NCBI RefSeq assembly: GCF_038025025.1
Contig: NW_027117343.1
Location: 1,984,001-2,048,000, forward strand
Origin: Phyllosticta citribraziliensis
Lineage: Eukaryota
Direction of reading: 5' to 3'
Length of the DNA stretch: 64,000 nucleotides
The notes beneath the pieces were generated by a model. That model made no database searches. It saw only the letters and a list, made by a program, of their open reading frames with translations, and was not told the DNA's origin. Numbering within the stretch: the stretch's first letter is position 1; each line of letters opens with the position of its first letter. The position numbers and the translations under genes were made by a program. Below are positions 38,901 through 53,715 of the stretch, in pieces.

Positions 38901-41184
38901 GCGGTGGTGGTCGAGGTGCCTTGCGGCATTTGATGATGTGTGGTTTCTTTTCCCGTTTCTCCGGATTGATGGTGGAATGGACGGGGTTGAGCGTTTAGGG
39001 CGTTGGTTGGAGTCGTTTTCTGGCTGGATGGATCGACGGATGGATTGATGGGTGCAGCGAGCCAACAAAACATTGTAACAGTACAGACAGAAGCACGCTT
39101 CTTTTGAAGAAGGCAGTCAGCGGAGCGAGCGAGCGAGCGAGCGGAGGCAGTGGCTTTGATTTGGTAATGAGCTTTTTTCTTCGTACATTATGCATGCGAG
39201 TTGATTGGCAAGAAAAGATGTGGGATGCACATGATTTGAAATAGGTGAAAGCCGTCGTCGGGTTATCCATGAATGCTCCTCGTCCTCGTCCTCATCCCCC
39301 AACGTCCTCAGCACACAACAGTTCCTCCCTCTCCCCCCTTCTCACTCACCTCACCGCCCCGCGACGCCTTTCCCCCGCATCGCCTTCAGCGCCTCAATGC
39401 GACGAGCAGCGTACGCCGCATCCAAGAAAAGCGACGGCGCGGCGCTATTATCAAAGTCTTTGGCTGTCCTCGTTTGCCGTCAGCCTCCTTGCTTGCTTCT
39501 CTGCTTGCTTGGGACAGCGAGAAGGGGGGGTGTAAACGCAAACAAAGAAGTGAACGTACGCATAGCTCTACTCCAGTCTTTGCGCGGGAATGCCGTCGTC
39601 GTTGCTGTCGTCGCTGCGCCTGCCTCATCATCGAACTCGTCATGATCTTGATCTTGATCTTGATCCCCATCTTCGTCTTCCGCGGCATAGCTCAAACCGT
39701 CCGCCAGCACCCCCATCGGCACGTGCGCCTTCACGCTGCACGCCGTCCGCGGATCGGCTAGCGCATGGCGTGGTTTGCGCAGGGGGCGTTTGGGCAGTTT
39801 TTCTCCTTCTGTGCGGGGTTTTGGGTGTGGAGGTGGGTTTGAGGTTGGGGAAGTTGCGGAGGTAGACGTGATTGATGAGAGCCGTTGGTTTTGGCCTTGG
39901 TCCTGATCTTCTTCTGTACTTTGCTGTTGTTGGAGTTGGACTTGGTTTCGGCTTTGCCACGGTGAAGAGCTGCGGGTGCTCGCCGCGTGTGTGGCTGCGG
40001 GTCGCATGCTGGAGGGGGACATGGCGGGGTGGATTCGATGACTTGGTGGTGCTTGCGCGGTGGTGGCGGTGGTGTTTGCGCGGTGAAGACTAATCGACGT
40101 CGACACTCGTCGCCCCCGATGCTTGCAGTAGTGTCCAGGGAATTGTCTGGGATGACGTGGTGGCGACGTTTTCGTAATTCGTCTGCCGCCTCACGCTTGC
40201 GACGAAGCCGCCGAATGATTGCCCACAGGACCGGGAACGGTAGGGTGTCGTCGTCGTCGTACATGCTCAACACCATGGATTGGAGTGGTGATGGCGCGCA
40301 AGCTGCCAAGGAAGGCTCGGGTTTGATGTTGGACGTGCCTGAACTAATTATGGACAGTTGTCAGAGCCACCTGTCGGTGGGTCTGAATCTGCTCTAACTA
40401 TTGGTTGACATCAAGATGTCAATGGTCTATTAGGTGAGGCTTGAGAGCGTGTGGCTGAGCGGATGCTGGCGGCAACTAGATACGTCAACACGGTGGAGCT
40501 CGGGAAAGTCGCTGCCGCTCAGCGCCGTCCTTTCAACTCTCCCACCGACGCTTTTCCCGACGTCCGATCATCTCTCTGCACAAAAATCATAGACAAGTTG
40601 ATTACTTGGTCGTTTTCCGCATCATCACACATCATACCAGCTTTCAATAAATTCTTCCAGCTTCCCACAACCTTCGCCGTTGTACTTTTGCGACAATGGC
40701 ATTTTATCTCCGCGGGTTGTGACGAATTTACAGATGCGTAATAGACTGCGGGACTGTTCTGGCACACTGACAACAACAGGAAAAGAGTTTACTGGGGAAT
40801 AATCCCTCAAGGCGTGACAATGACATGATGAGGGTTAGACGCAAGAAGACATTGCGCAAGTAGACGACCACCCATCGCACAGAAGGCCGCACGATAAATC
40901 CATCCACAACTCACAAACCCACCACGACGCTGACACCAAAGCCTAGACCAGTCAGCCGCGCCAGCCTCAGCGCCACCACTGCCTCCAGCGGGCGGGCTGC
41001 CGCGCAGGGCAGAAGTCACAGCGACAAACAGCGGACGCCACGCCACACGGTTCGTTCCAAAGGAGAGAAAATGAGAAAGTCAGATACGTACACGGCAGCA
41101 GCAGCGCCGCTTATCGAGCGAGCGAGCGAGCCGCGGGGAAGAAAGAAGAGGGAGGTCTGGCCATTATTGAAAGAAACCCGACCA

Positions 41185-41210
41185 TCAGTCAGTCAGTCAG
41201 TCAGTCAGTC
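41185..41210. repeat. (TCAG)6 microsatellite
   Basis: Read directly from the sequence. Confidence 0.9.
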
Positions 41211-42219
41211 GGCCGGCCAGCCAGCCAGCGCACAATGCACTATCGCCGCCAGTCAGTCAACCATCGCTCTCTGCCAGTCCCATCGGTCAAGCAGATAAGC
41301 AAACGATAACCAAGCCGCCAGCCATCGAGATAACTCACTCGCCCGCCCGGCAGCGGTTGTGTGGCTTATGGCTTATGCGACAGAGGTTGGCATGGAGGGC
41401 TTGCATGACATGGCATGGCAAGGCGGCGGGGCACACCCAGGGTATATGCAGCCCAGCCCAGCCCAGCCCAGCTGCAGGGTGAAAAGTCTGCAGGTACCTC
41501 CGTACCACATGGCAGATAGGCAGATAGGCAGATAGGTAGATCTGGAGGTGATGGTTGGAGGGAGGGAGGGAGGAAGGATGGCCGAGGCTTTAATTTTGTG
41601 TTTGTGTGTTGTGTGGTGGGCTAGATCGGGCGGATGCAGGCGTAAATGCAGATAGGTAGTGGTAAGCAGACAGGCAGGTTTGCGCTTTGGGGGGTTTGGT
41701 TGATTCTTGGGTGCGTGCTGGATTCGTGATTATAGAGCGATTGGCTGCGACAGCGGAGAAGACGTGATTCTGCCATGGCTGCTCCTGTGGAAGCCTGCAT
41801 CTCTCCTCTTCTGCGACAAAAGAGCAGAGCTGACACTGTTCTTGCGACTTTCTCACAGCCAGCCACCCAACAACGGCCGCCCTCTTACAGCAGGAAAAAA
41901 ACACGCACACTCTCCCGTCCCGCCCTCCCTCACATCTCTGACATCAGCGGCTTACCCGATGCAACACTGACGACCTAACGCCACGCCACCACGCGGGAAG
42001 AGCTGTCGAAACCAAAAGACAGCAGAGTTGGATTAGATGGGGTGCGTGGACGAAAGAGCCCCGCGTGCGTGCGTGTATGCAGGGCCATCGAGAAATCTTT
42101 TTCCTGTGCGCTGGCTGGCTGGCTGGCTGGCGGCGAGCTCTCCTCGTCATGGAGTTAGGGTTTTCAGGGTTTTCAGGGTCTCGTGTGTGGCGTGCGCGAG
42201 GGCGGAACGGGCAAGGGTA

Positions 42220-42225
<6 letters not shown>

Positions 42226-42253
<28 letters not shown>
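42226..42253. repeat. (AG)n microsatellite, about 14 units
   Basis: Read directly from the sequence. Confidence 0.9.
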
Positions 42254-42258
<5 letters not shown>

Positions 42259-44270
42259 GAGAGGAGAGAAGGGCGGGAGGGTGTGCGGTGGGGTGGGGTG
42301 GCCTGGCTGGATCGAGATTTGCTGACACTCGAGAAGACGGGGAGGTAGGTACGTCTTGGCGTGTATTGATTGATATGCTGTAAGAGAAGTCAGTTCGGTC
42401 AGCGGCGGCAGAGAGAGAGAGAGAGAGGTACAGAACTGATGTACCTGCAGGCCGCCCGCACGCCGTCAGTCAGTCGTGTTTGCATGGCTACATACATGGT
42501 AGGTATGTGTGTAGAGCTGCGGGGATGGATGGGAGGAAGTGGGGTTCGAGCGGGCAGGCTGGCCGCGCCTCTGCGCGTTCACTGCTTCTCTCCGCTGCCT
42601 CCAGCGGGGCGAGTCTATGGTACGTACCATACCGTACGATACAGCAGCGCAGCGGTGTGTAGTCAGTGAGTCGGTCAATACAGTAGGTAAGTAACGGTTG
42701 CTCGAGCGTACGGCACGCATCCCATTACCGCATTGGGCAAGCAAGGACAGCGAGCGAGCGAGACAAACGGACGCGCCATGACCTGCCTACCAGCACGCTC
42801 CGCAATCCTCCACTCCAGTCTTCGAGCATCTCACTTCCACTCCCAAGATCAAACAGCGCAGCGCCAGAGATGGAGGCGCGGGACGGGCACCCAGCGCGGC
42901 CACGTCGCCGCGCTACTGCCGGCGCGCTGTCAGTGGTGGGTGGGCGGGTACATATGGTGGTGGGCAGAAATGGTAATGGTGGTAGTGGAGGTGAATGCCA
43001 TGCCCATGCCCATCTCTCGATCGGCGCGCCGACTCTTCAGCGCGCCTGCGGGAAGACGAGGGCTCTGCCTGCGAGCGAGCCAATGCCGTCGCCGCGACGC
43101 GACGCGCACACTGCCTTGAAGGCCTGGGCGCGTCGGTCGGTCCGCCGAGGGGTCCTGGTAGGTAGGTAGAGGAGGTGGACGAGTGGACGCGCCAAACTGC
43201 TGCGTCAGGTCGGCGGCAGGCAGGCAGGCAGGCAAGCAGGCAGGCGGGTAGGGTACCTAGGGTAGGCAGCGTCATCGGCGTCGGCGTCAGCGTCGGCGTC
43301 TGCATCTGCGCTTCGATGTTGTTGGCAGCGCACGTCGTCGACTCGACTCGACTCGAGCAAGAAAAAAGATGATGGAGGGTGGCGGGTGGAAGGGCGCGGC
43401 TCTTGGAGGGTACAACGCGCGAGGTACCCGGGTCTACAAAAGGCCAACAACACGCGGGCGGCCAGACTAGATTGGTAGGCTAGGCTTGTCCCGCCCGATT
43501 GCGACGGCCGTGGGACGGGTTGTCGGTATCGCTGGGCTGATGAGGGCGCGTGTTTGGTTGGGGAGGAGGGTAAACACGAGGGTCAGGAGCGTGTGTACTG
43601 GCTGGGTGAGAGAAGACGGGAGCCGCTGCGGCGAGCGAGCGAGCGAGCGTAACTATTGGGTTTGCCGCCGACGACCACAGGTCGCACGGCTTGACTCGAG
43701 GCGGCGGCGGCGGCGGCATATGTGGGTGGTGTTGTAGCTGCAGGGAGGAGGGACTGGAGGGACGGGAAGAAAGGGGATAGGAAGCGCCTCGATGCAGAAT
43801 GACTCGTCCACCGGGCGAACATCTTGTGATACACGATCTGCATATCGGCGCAACCAAGCCAAACCAAAACCTGGAAAGAGTTGTCTTGATTATGATGACG
43901 GTGAGATGATCCTTCTTAGTAGAACCAAGGACTAAAGACATTAACAGAGCGAGTGGGGTCATGGGGGGAATAGGTGTGTGTTAGGGATTACACTCAATGA
44001 CGTAAAAAGGGAGCTTTTTGTTGTGCAACATGACCTCAGCTCAAACACCCCGGCTTCAAAACATGATAACCCATGGACGAGGAGTAAACAGCCGCTGAAC
44101 CAACCGTAAACAAGACCCAGAAAAGCAAACAGACAATACCCAGTAAACCTTTTTACTTTTAAAACACGCCGGACCCGTGGATCGTCTTGAGGAAGTGGTT
44201 GTAGGAAACAAAAACAAGCGTATCGTTACTGCTGAGCAACCATTATGGCGGAGTGGTCAACGAGGCGAGT

Positions 44271-44300
44271 GGTGGTGGTGGTGGTGGTGGTGGTGGTGGT
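44271..44300. repeat. (GGT)10 microsatellite
   Basis: Read directly from the sequence. Confidence 0.9.
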
Positions 44301-44557
44301 CGGTACGTCATAAGCCGGAGACACTTGTGGCGTTCAAGGCGTTCGAGGCGACAAGCTGTTGTGGTGCGACAGAGCCGTGGCTTTGTGGCGGGCACATGGC
44401 CGTTGGCGCGAATCGGGATCGGAGGTAAAATCGAGGAGAGGCGTCATGGTGGTGGTTGATGGAGAGTCGAAGGATTCGTATATGTCATGGGCAGCGACAG
44501 CAGACAGCAGTTCAGTAGCAAGCAGGTTGAGGCGTTGAGGGAATGATGTTTTCGATG

Positions 44558-44817
44558 CTACTTGTACTGTCGAAGACTTTGCTGTGCCGAAGAGCCTTTG
44601 GAGTATTTTAACCAGGCAGGGCAGGCGTCTGCGATGGTCGAGAGGGATCCACGACGGTTGCTTCCGCTGCTGTCTATCTGACGTTTTCTGTGGCGACGTT
44701 AGAGAAGAGCAAGTGGTTGAAGAGGACGACTTACTCTGAATAGGTAGAGCTACGAGGGGAGGGAGTTGAGCAGCAAGGACACGGGCGCTGAAGATACTGA
44801 CTGTAGAAGCAAGGCAT
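44558..44817 (-). CDS. Small spliced hypothetical protein, 70 aa; exons complement(44735-44817, 44558-44687)
   Basis: CACCATG start context after a C/T-rich leader. A 47-nt intron at 44688-44734 reads GTAAGT..CTCTAAC..CACAG. Product: MPCFYSQYLQRPCPCCSTPSPRSSTYSEKRQIDSSGSNRRGSLSTIADACPAWLKYSKGSSAQQSLRQYK. Confidence 0.55.
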
Positions 44818-46418
44818 GGTGGATGTTGGAGAAAGGTGAGGTTGAGTGGAGTGGAGTGGAGTGAGATGGAGGTGGAGGAGCAGAGGTGAGCAGGTACTGT
44901 AGGTAAAATAGAGGCGGACCCAAGAGCAGAGCGGCCAGACAGGGTGTGGCGCGGGAGAGGACCTGACGAATGGGTGGTGGCTGTGGCTGAGAGACGAGAA
45001 AAAGGGTCTCAAGCCGTCGGCGGGGCAGAGGGAGCTAAATAGGGAAGAATACGAGGCCTTGGACGGATCAGGAGACGACAGCAGGTGGCTCTCGATCTAC
45101 AGGCAGAGCATGACGGTTGCTGGTGCGGTGGTGTCGGGTGCTTGTATCGTGTGAGGGATGCCGTTTGGCTTCCGGCCGTGGGACAGCGCGCTAGACTTGG
45201 AGGCTGCGCTATAAACGCGATTGGGCCCGAGGCTACTGTGCTGGAGGAAGGACGACCAGCGTTAGCCGCGGGTTGCGTCACAGGATGGAAGCAGACGATA
45301 CAATACGTACCAGAGGGAGGGGGTTTGTAGACAAAGGCCCGAGATGAGGGATTATCGGGAGGCAGTGCTCTGCAGTGCCAACACCAGAGGCGCGCCTCGC
45401 CTCGCCTCGCCTTTATCATGTAGCAACAATTTCCTCACGCCGTGCTGTAGGGCTGAGATGGATGGGGAAAATGCCTCAGCGGAGGCCATCATGAATAGCG
45501 GACAGTCGCACTGCATGCGATGCTACTCTCGCCCGCCTGCAGTCCAAACCCAACCCTCGTCCATGACGAATCGACGATGCAAGGTGATGGTTGGCCAGCA
45601 TGCGCGCAGAGGTACTCGATACCAAATTTGGGTTTGAGGCTATTCGCAACGCAATCAAAATGTCCTTGTCTCTGGACTTCACTTGACCCCGGCGACGATC
45701 ATCCGCCCCAGACGTCGACGGGTCGAGGTGAATCGCTCGGATGCTCGTGGAAGGCCTCACCTCATGGATGGTCGCTGTCAGCTCTCCACTCCCTGATGAT
45801 GTTTGTTGCTGTGCCTTGGCAGGTCAGCCTTTCTGCTCGCCCTCTCCACTTCCTGGAATTTGGCACACCGGCCATCGTCAAATATTACAGCCAGCCAGTG
45901 CAGCTGATGAGGCATTTGGCATTTGACCCTGGTCTCGCGAGTCGTTGGCCGGCAGACGCATGCTCCCCGCCGTCAACCTTGGCCTCTTTCGGCATCGTCG
46001 ACTGCGTGGTTTTCGACGGCTGCACTGCCCGCCTCTCAACTCCAACGCTTCTCGTGGCCTTCTGACAGCGGCTCTGGCCCTGAAACTGCCATTCATCTAC
46101 AACGCAAGCCAGCGTCATTTTCCCCCATCCCAATTACGTCGACGGTGCGTGCAGCCCGTTCCCCCTCGCCCGCCCTCGCCTGGGGAGCCTTCCGTCCCTC
46201 TCTAGTGTGGGGTGCGTACTACTTCCTCACCGCCGAACCATCGTGATGTGCATCTATATAATCCTCTTCTCGATACCCCACTCCGAGTGACAAGTTTTGC
46301 AGTCCGTCGTCATCTTTTCGTACCTCTGCTTGACCCTGTCGCTTTCTTGTTTGCATCTCCCAAGGGCCTTTTGCCTTAATTTTCCGCCGTGCTCCTCTTC
46401 TTCCCACCTCTCCGTTAA

Positions 46419-46862
46419 ATGCCTACTCCTTCCATTACTCTTTCCTCGCCACCTCCAACTGTACCGGCTCAAGCTCGAGGACCCACCCTTCTTAGTGGTC
46501 CACCTCCAACAAGTAGCGTCTCACTCTCCTCACCTGCTCATTTCTGTACTCACTTCGCACAGCAACCCTTACCTCGACTCAAACCATCACGAGCAGCTAC
46601 CGCAACCGCTACGCCCTCTACCTTGCTGCCCAGTTCAACATTAGCGCCGCAGCCGCCTTTGTCGAGATTGAAGAGCAGTTTCGAGCCAAGAAACCATCCC
46701 AAGTCTCCGAGGCCGACGTTCGAGATGTTCGAGCTCCTGGCAGCTTTTAGCGCCTTTGTGGTTGCCCTCGTCATTATGGATCTGCACTGCGGTATCGCCG
46801 AGACAAAACGAAGCCTGAGGATGGTCAAGCAGTCTGGTTGGAGTCAGTACGGAGGCATATAA
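46419..46862 (+). CDS. Possible small protein with one hydrophobic helix (147 aa, or 45 aa from ATG 46725)
   Basis: TATATAAT near 46254, a pyrimidine-rich leader and hydrophobic 'LLAAFSAFVVALVIM'. No homology recognised. Confidence 0.25.
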   Translation: MPTPSITLSSPPPTVPAQARGPTLLSGPPPTSSVSLSSPAHFCTHFAQQPLPRLKPSRAATATATPSTLLPSSTLAPQPPLSRLKSSFEPRNHPKSPRPTFEMFELLAAFSAFVVALVIMDLHCGIAETKRSLRMVKQSGWSQYGGI

Positions 46863-48076
46863 CACACGACTTTTTTCCTTCTCGCTGCGGCGTCTTGAAG
46901 TGTACGATTCGCGGACAGAGCTTCTTGATGATTTTCCTTTTGACTTGCCGGTGGCGTTTGGGCGGTCATTTTGCTTTGCGGCTATCAGCATTCATCAACC
47001 ACATTTCGTTTCCGTCCCCGTCCTATCATGACTTGGCAACATCAGACGCAGCCCTGTGCCTCGACTCCTCGGTGTATCCCACGTCGTGTAGTGCGTCTTG
47101 GCACCACCCGCTATGTGCGCCGCCACAGGGATGGCATTCCTTGTCAAAAGTCGGGGGTGTAAGCGCGGGATGAAGCAGTCAAGTCGCGACAAGCATCCAA
47201 CTGGGAAGACACCCCTTAGCCTCATGACGCCTCAGCTTGCGCGTCGACTTTGTACTGTAGAGCAATGTCCAAATGCAAAGTGCTTTCGCGCCCATGACTT
47301 GCTCGACGTTGAGACAGACTCGTGGAAGCAATCAAGCTTGAACAGCCCTCTCTTTGCTCTTTCTCAGGCTTCGCGCGGATCACCTTTGACTTTTTCCCAT
47401 CCAGAAGAAATTGACACCAGCAGAGTCAAAAAGAAGACCTCATCAACCACAGCCGTTTAGACGAAAATAGAAACAAGCACGACCAAGAACCACTGCAATA
47501 GTCGCAATCTCCCCCAGAACGAGAAATGGTCGTATTGTAGAATGCGCATCTTGGAAGACGGACGAATTGAATTTAAGATGGCAACCATGTTGTGGAAGAG
47601 CGCGGATGCAGAAGAGGTCCCGGAAGTTTTGGTGAGGCAGCTCAGCGTCTCGGCGTTTCTGTTCCACGACTTGACCGAAGCGCATCATCCACGAAACAGG
47701 TAGTTTTCTGCGACAGGACGACGTACCCCGAAGTGACGGTGGAGCTGGCGTGTGAATCGTATTTTTGCGCTGTAGAGGCAAGCAGAGATCAGTCGAGGGA
47801 CATCGCGGGCATGGTGTTGGTAAAGGGAGCCGCCTAAGCGAGGCCGCACACGCCGCCCAGGAAGCCGATTGTTGAAACCATCACGAACTTCGCGCCTCCA
47901 ACCCATCCGCCTCATCCACAACTCCAGGTACGCCAGCGCCCCTGCAACCACCTGCCCGATCGCGCGCTCGTCGTCAATCGCTCGCCGCCGCCCGTTCGTC
48001 TCACTTGCTCGCCTGCTGACGTCGCTTTTTGCTGCTCTAGCCCTCCCAACCCTCTACTCTCACCCAACCCGCAATC

Positions 48077-48839
48077 ATGGATCAGGCGAAGCTCGCGCGG
48101 ATGCAGGCCTCTGTGCGCATTGGTACGTTGAATTCCGGCTCTTTACAGCCAAAATCCAGCCTTGGAGCACTGTTTCACTCAATGAGAGCCCCGCTAATAC
48201 GATGACGTGAACAGGGTAAGAAGCTCCTACAAACTCGCATCACATTCCACTCTGGACTGCAAAAACACCCTTTTCCGACACCTTTCATCTCGGCCACTCG
48301 ACAGGATGGGATAGCTAATGGTTGTTGTACAGAGGCAAGGGTACTCCGCGCAGGAAGGTCAAGAAGGTCCACAAGAGCGGTGGCACTGACGACAAGAAGC
48401 TCCAAGGCGCTCTCAAGAAGCTGAACGTCCAGCCCATCCAGGCGATTGAGGAGGTCAACATGTTCAAGAGCGACGGCAACGTCATTCACTTTGCGGCTCC
48501 CAAGGGTGAGTGAATGGCCGTGGTTCCACGGATGCATCGGACGCGTCCAAACCCTGCTGTGGGGCATGTCACTCACACGCTGCAGTTCACGCCTCGGTCA
48601 ACGCCAACACCTTTGCCATCTACGGCAACGGCGAGGACAAGGAGCTCACCGAGCTCGTCCCCGGCATCCTCAACCAGCTGGGCCCCGACTCGCTGGCATC
48701 GCTCCGCAAGCTCGCCGAGAGCTACCAGAACCTGCAAAAGGAGAAGGGCGAGGGTGACGAGAAGAGGGACGACGACGAGGACGACATCCCCGACCTCGTC
48801 GAGGGCCAGAACTTTGAGGGCAAGGCCGAGGTCGAGTAG
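48077..48839 (+). CDS. EGD1: Nascent polypeptide-associated complex subunit beta (BTF3), 157 aa; exons 48077-48122, 48215 (1 nt), 48333-48505, 48586-48839
   Basis: '[126 protein letters not shown]' is NAC beta. Confidence 0.97.
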
Positions 48840-49351
48840 ACGAGTCACATCGTGCTAGGGTTGGCGGAATAGTCCATAGCAGCGGATGTACGAATGGGGT
48901 ATCATCATCTGCTCGACGTGTGAGATTGCTTCCTCGGACTTGCTTGGGAAAGTTGAGGCGACGGGAAAAGCACCACGAATTCAAATCCTCGTTCCAGTCA
49001 TGTACATGTAAACTTGAGGATGAAGCCGTGTCGGCAATGACGCGCCGTCTCGTTGCTGGGACGTTATGAATTCAAATGATTCGGTCCATTATGTTGAGGT
49101 TGCCGAAGAGGTGATCCATCAGTTGTCGATTATCGTGACTGCACTACTCTACGCCAGGAATCATCTCATGGATTCGCATGTCTCAGCGAACTGGTGGTGA
49201 GGTCAGCCGGTCACGATTTGCAGCCGATCTAATCAATCTTATCTCCTTCCCTGCCCAATCAAGTGCTCGACGCGAACCGAACGCGTCCGCGTAACCTCCC
49301 GCTCTCCATACAACCTCTCTACTCTGCCCGTACCCAGGGCTTCTGCCAACC

Positions 49352-52952
<3,601 letters not shown>

Positions 52953-53168
52953 GAGGGCTAAGGTGGGTGGAGTTGAGGGGGGGTGAACGGACGGACGGAG
53001 ATGGACGGGCATGGGTCAGGGGCAAAGGGGGTTGAAGGGATACTGGAATGGGCTGGGCTGGGATGGGATGGGATGGGATGAGCATGGCGTTTGGCTTCAT
53101 GGCACGGTGTTTTTCCGGTCGTCTGATGGTGGGTTCGATATGAAGCAGTACTTGGCGCACTCTACGCT

Positions 53169-53182
53169 GGGGGGGGGGGGGG
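53169..53182. repeat. G14 homopolymer
   Basis: Read directly; lies between the convergent SMC5 and SGF11 3' ends. Confidence 0.9.
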
Positions 53183-53715
53183 ATGCGGGTGCGGGTTACG
53201 TCTAAACGTATTTGACATTTGTGGAGTAGTCAGTCAGTTTGCGTACTACTTTTAAGACTCTGTTCATCATGTTTGCTACGTTGGGCGAGTGCTTGCTACA
53301 CTGCACTGCACTGCCCACTACCCTACTCGCTGCCTACGTTATATAGGTAGTCTACCAACACACCACCACTGTTCCCTGCAATATTATTCCCTTGGTGGAC
53401 CAAGTACTACAGCGGCGGCAGAGAATAAGCAAACAGGCAAGCAGCAGTAGGCAAGCAAGCAAGCAGAGAGACCAAAACTGTCATCAGACAACCCAAATAA
53501 ACGCCACGAATGATAAATGTCGACGGATGAAGAAGAAGATGATGATGATGATGATGATGTAGAATTACGACGACGAACGACGAACGATGCAGTAAAGAGA
53601 AAGACGATAGGTATGAACAAACGCCGTGCCCGTGCAGTGCCCTACTGCCCTCGTCCCCCTGCCCATGCCCCCCCTCTCCCCCTCTCTACCCACCACCACC
53701 ACCACTCCGCCCCCT

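Noticed and set aside
39480..40309. Overlapping minus-strand low-complexity ORFs (208 and 183 aa)
   Set aside because: I could not build a consistent ATG and splice model and see no recognisable domain; left as unresolved.
42155..42178. Interstitial telomere or chromosome-fusion scar
   Set aside because: Only one exact TTAGGG plus two variant units, within generally repeat-rich DNA.
48122..48332. Stwintron (nested intron) reading of the EGD1 double intron
   Set aside because: Removing 48123-48214 leaves G-GGTAAG and does not rebuild a split GT donor. Each intron already has its own intact donor, branch site and acceptor, so two adjacent introns around a 1-nt exon is the simpler model.
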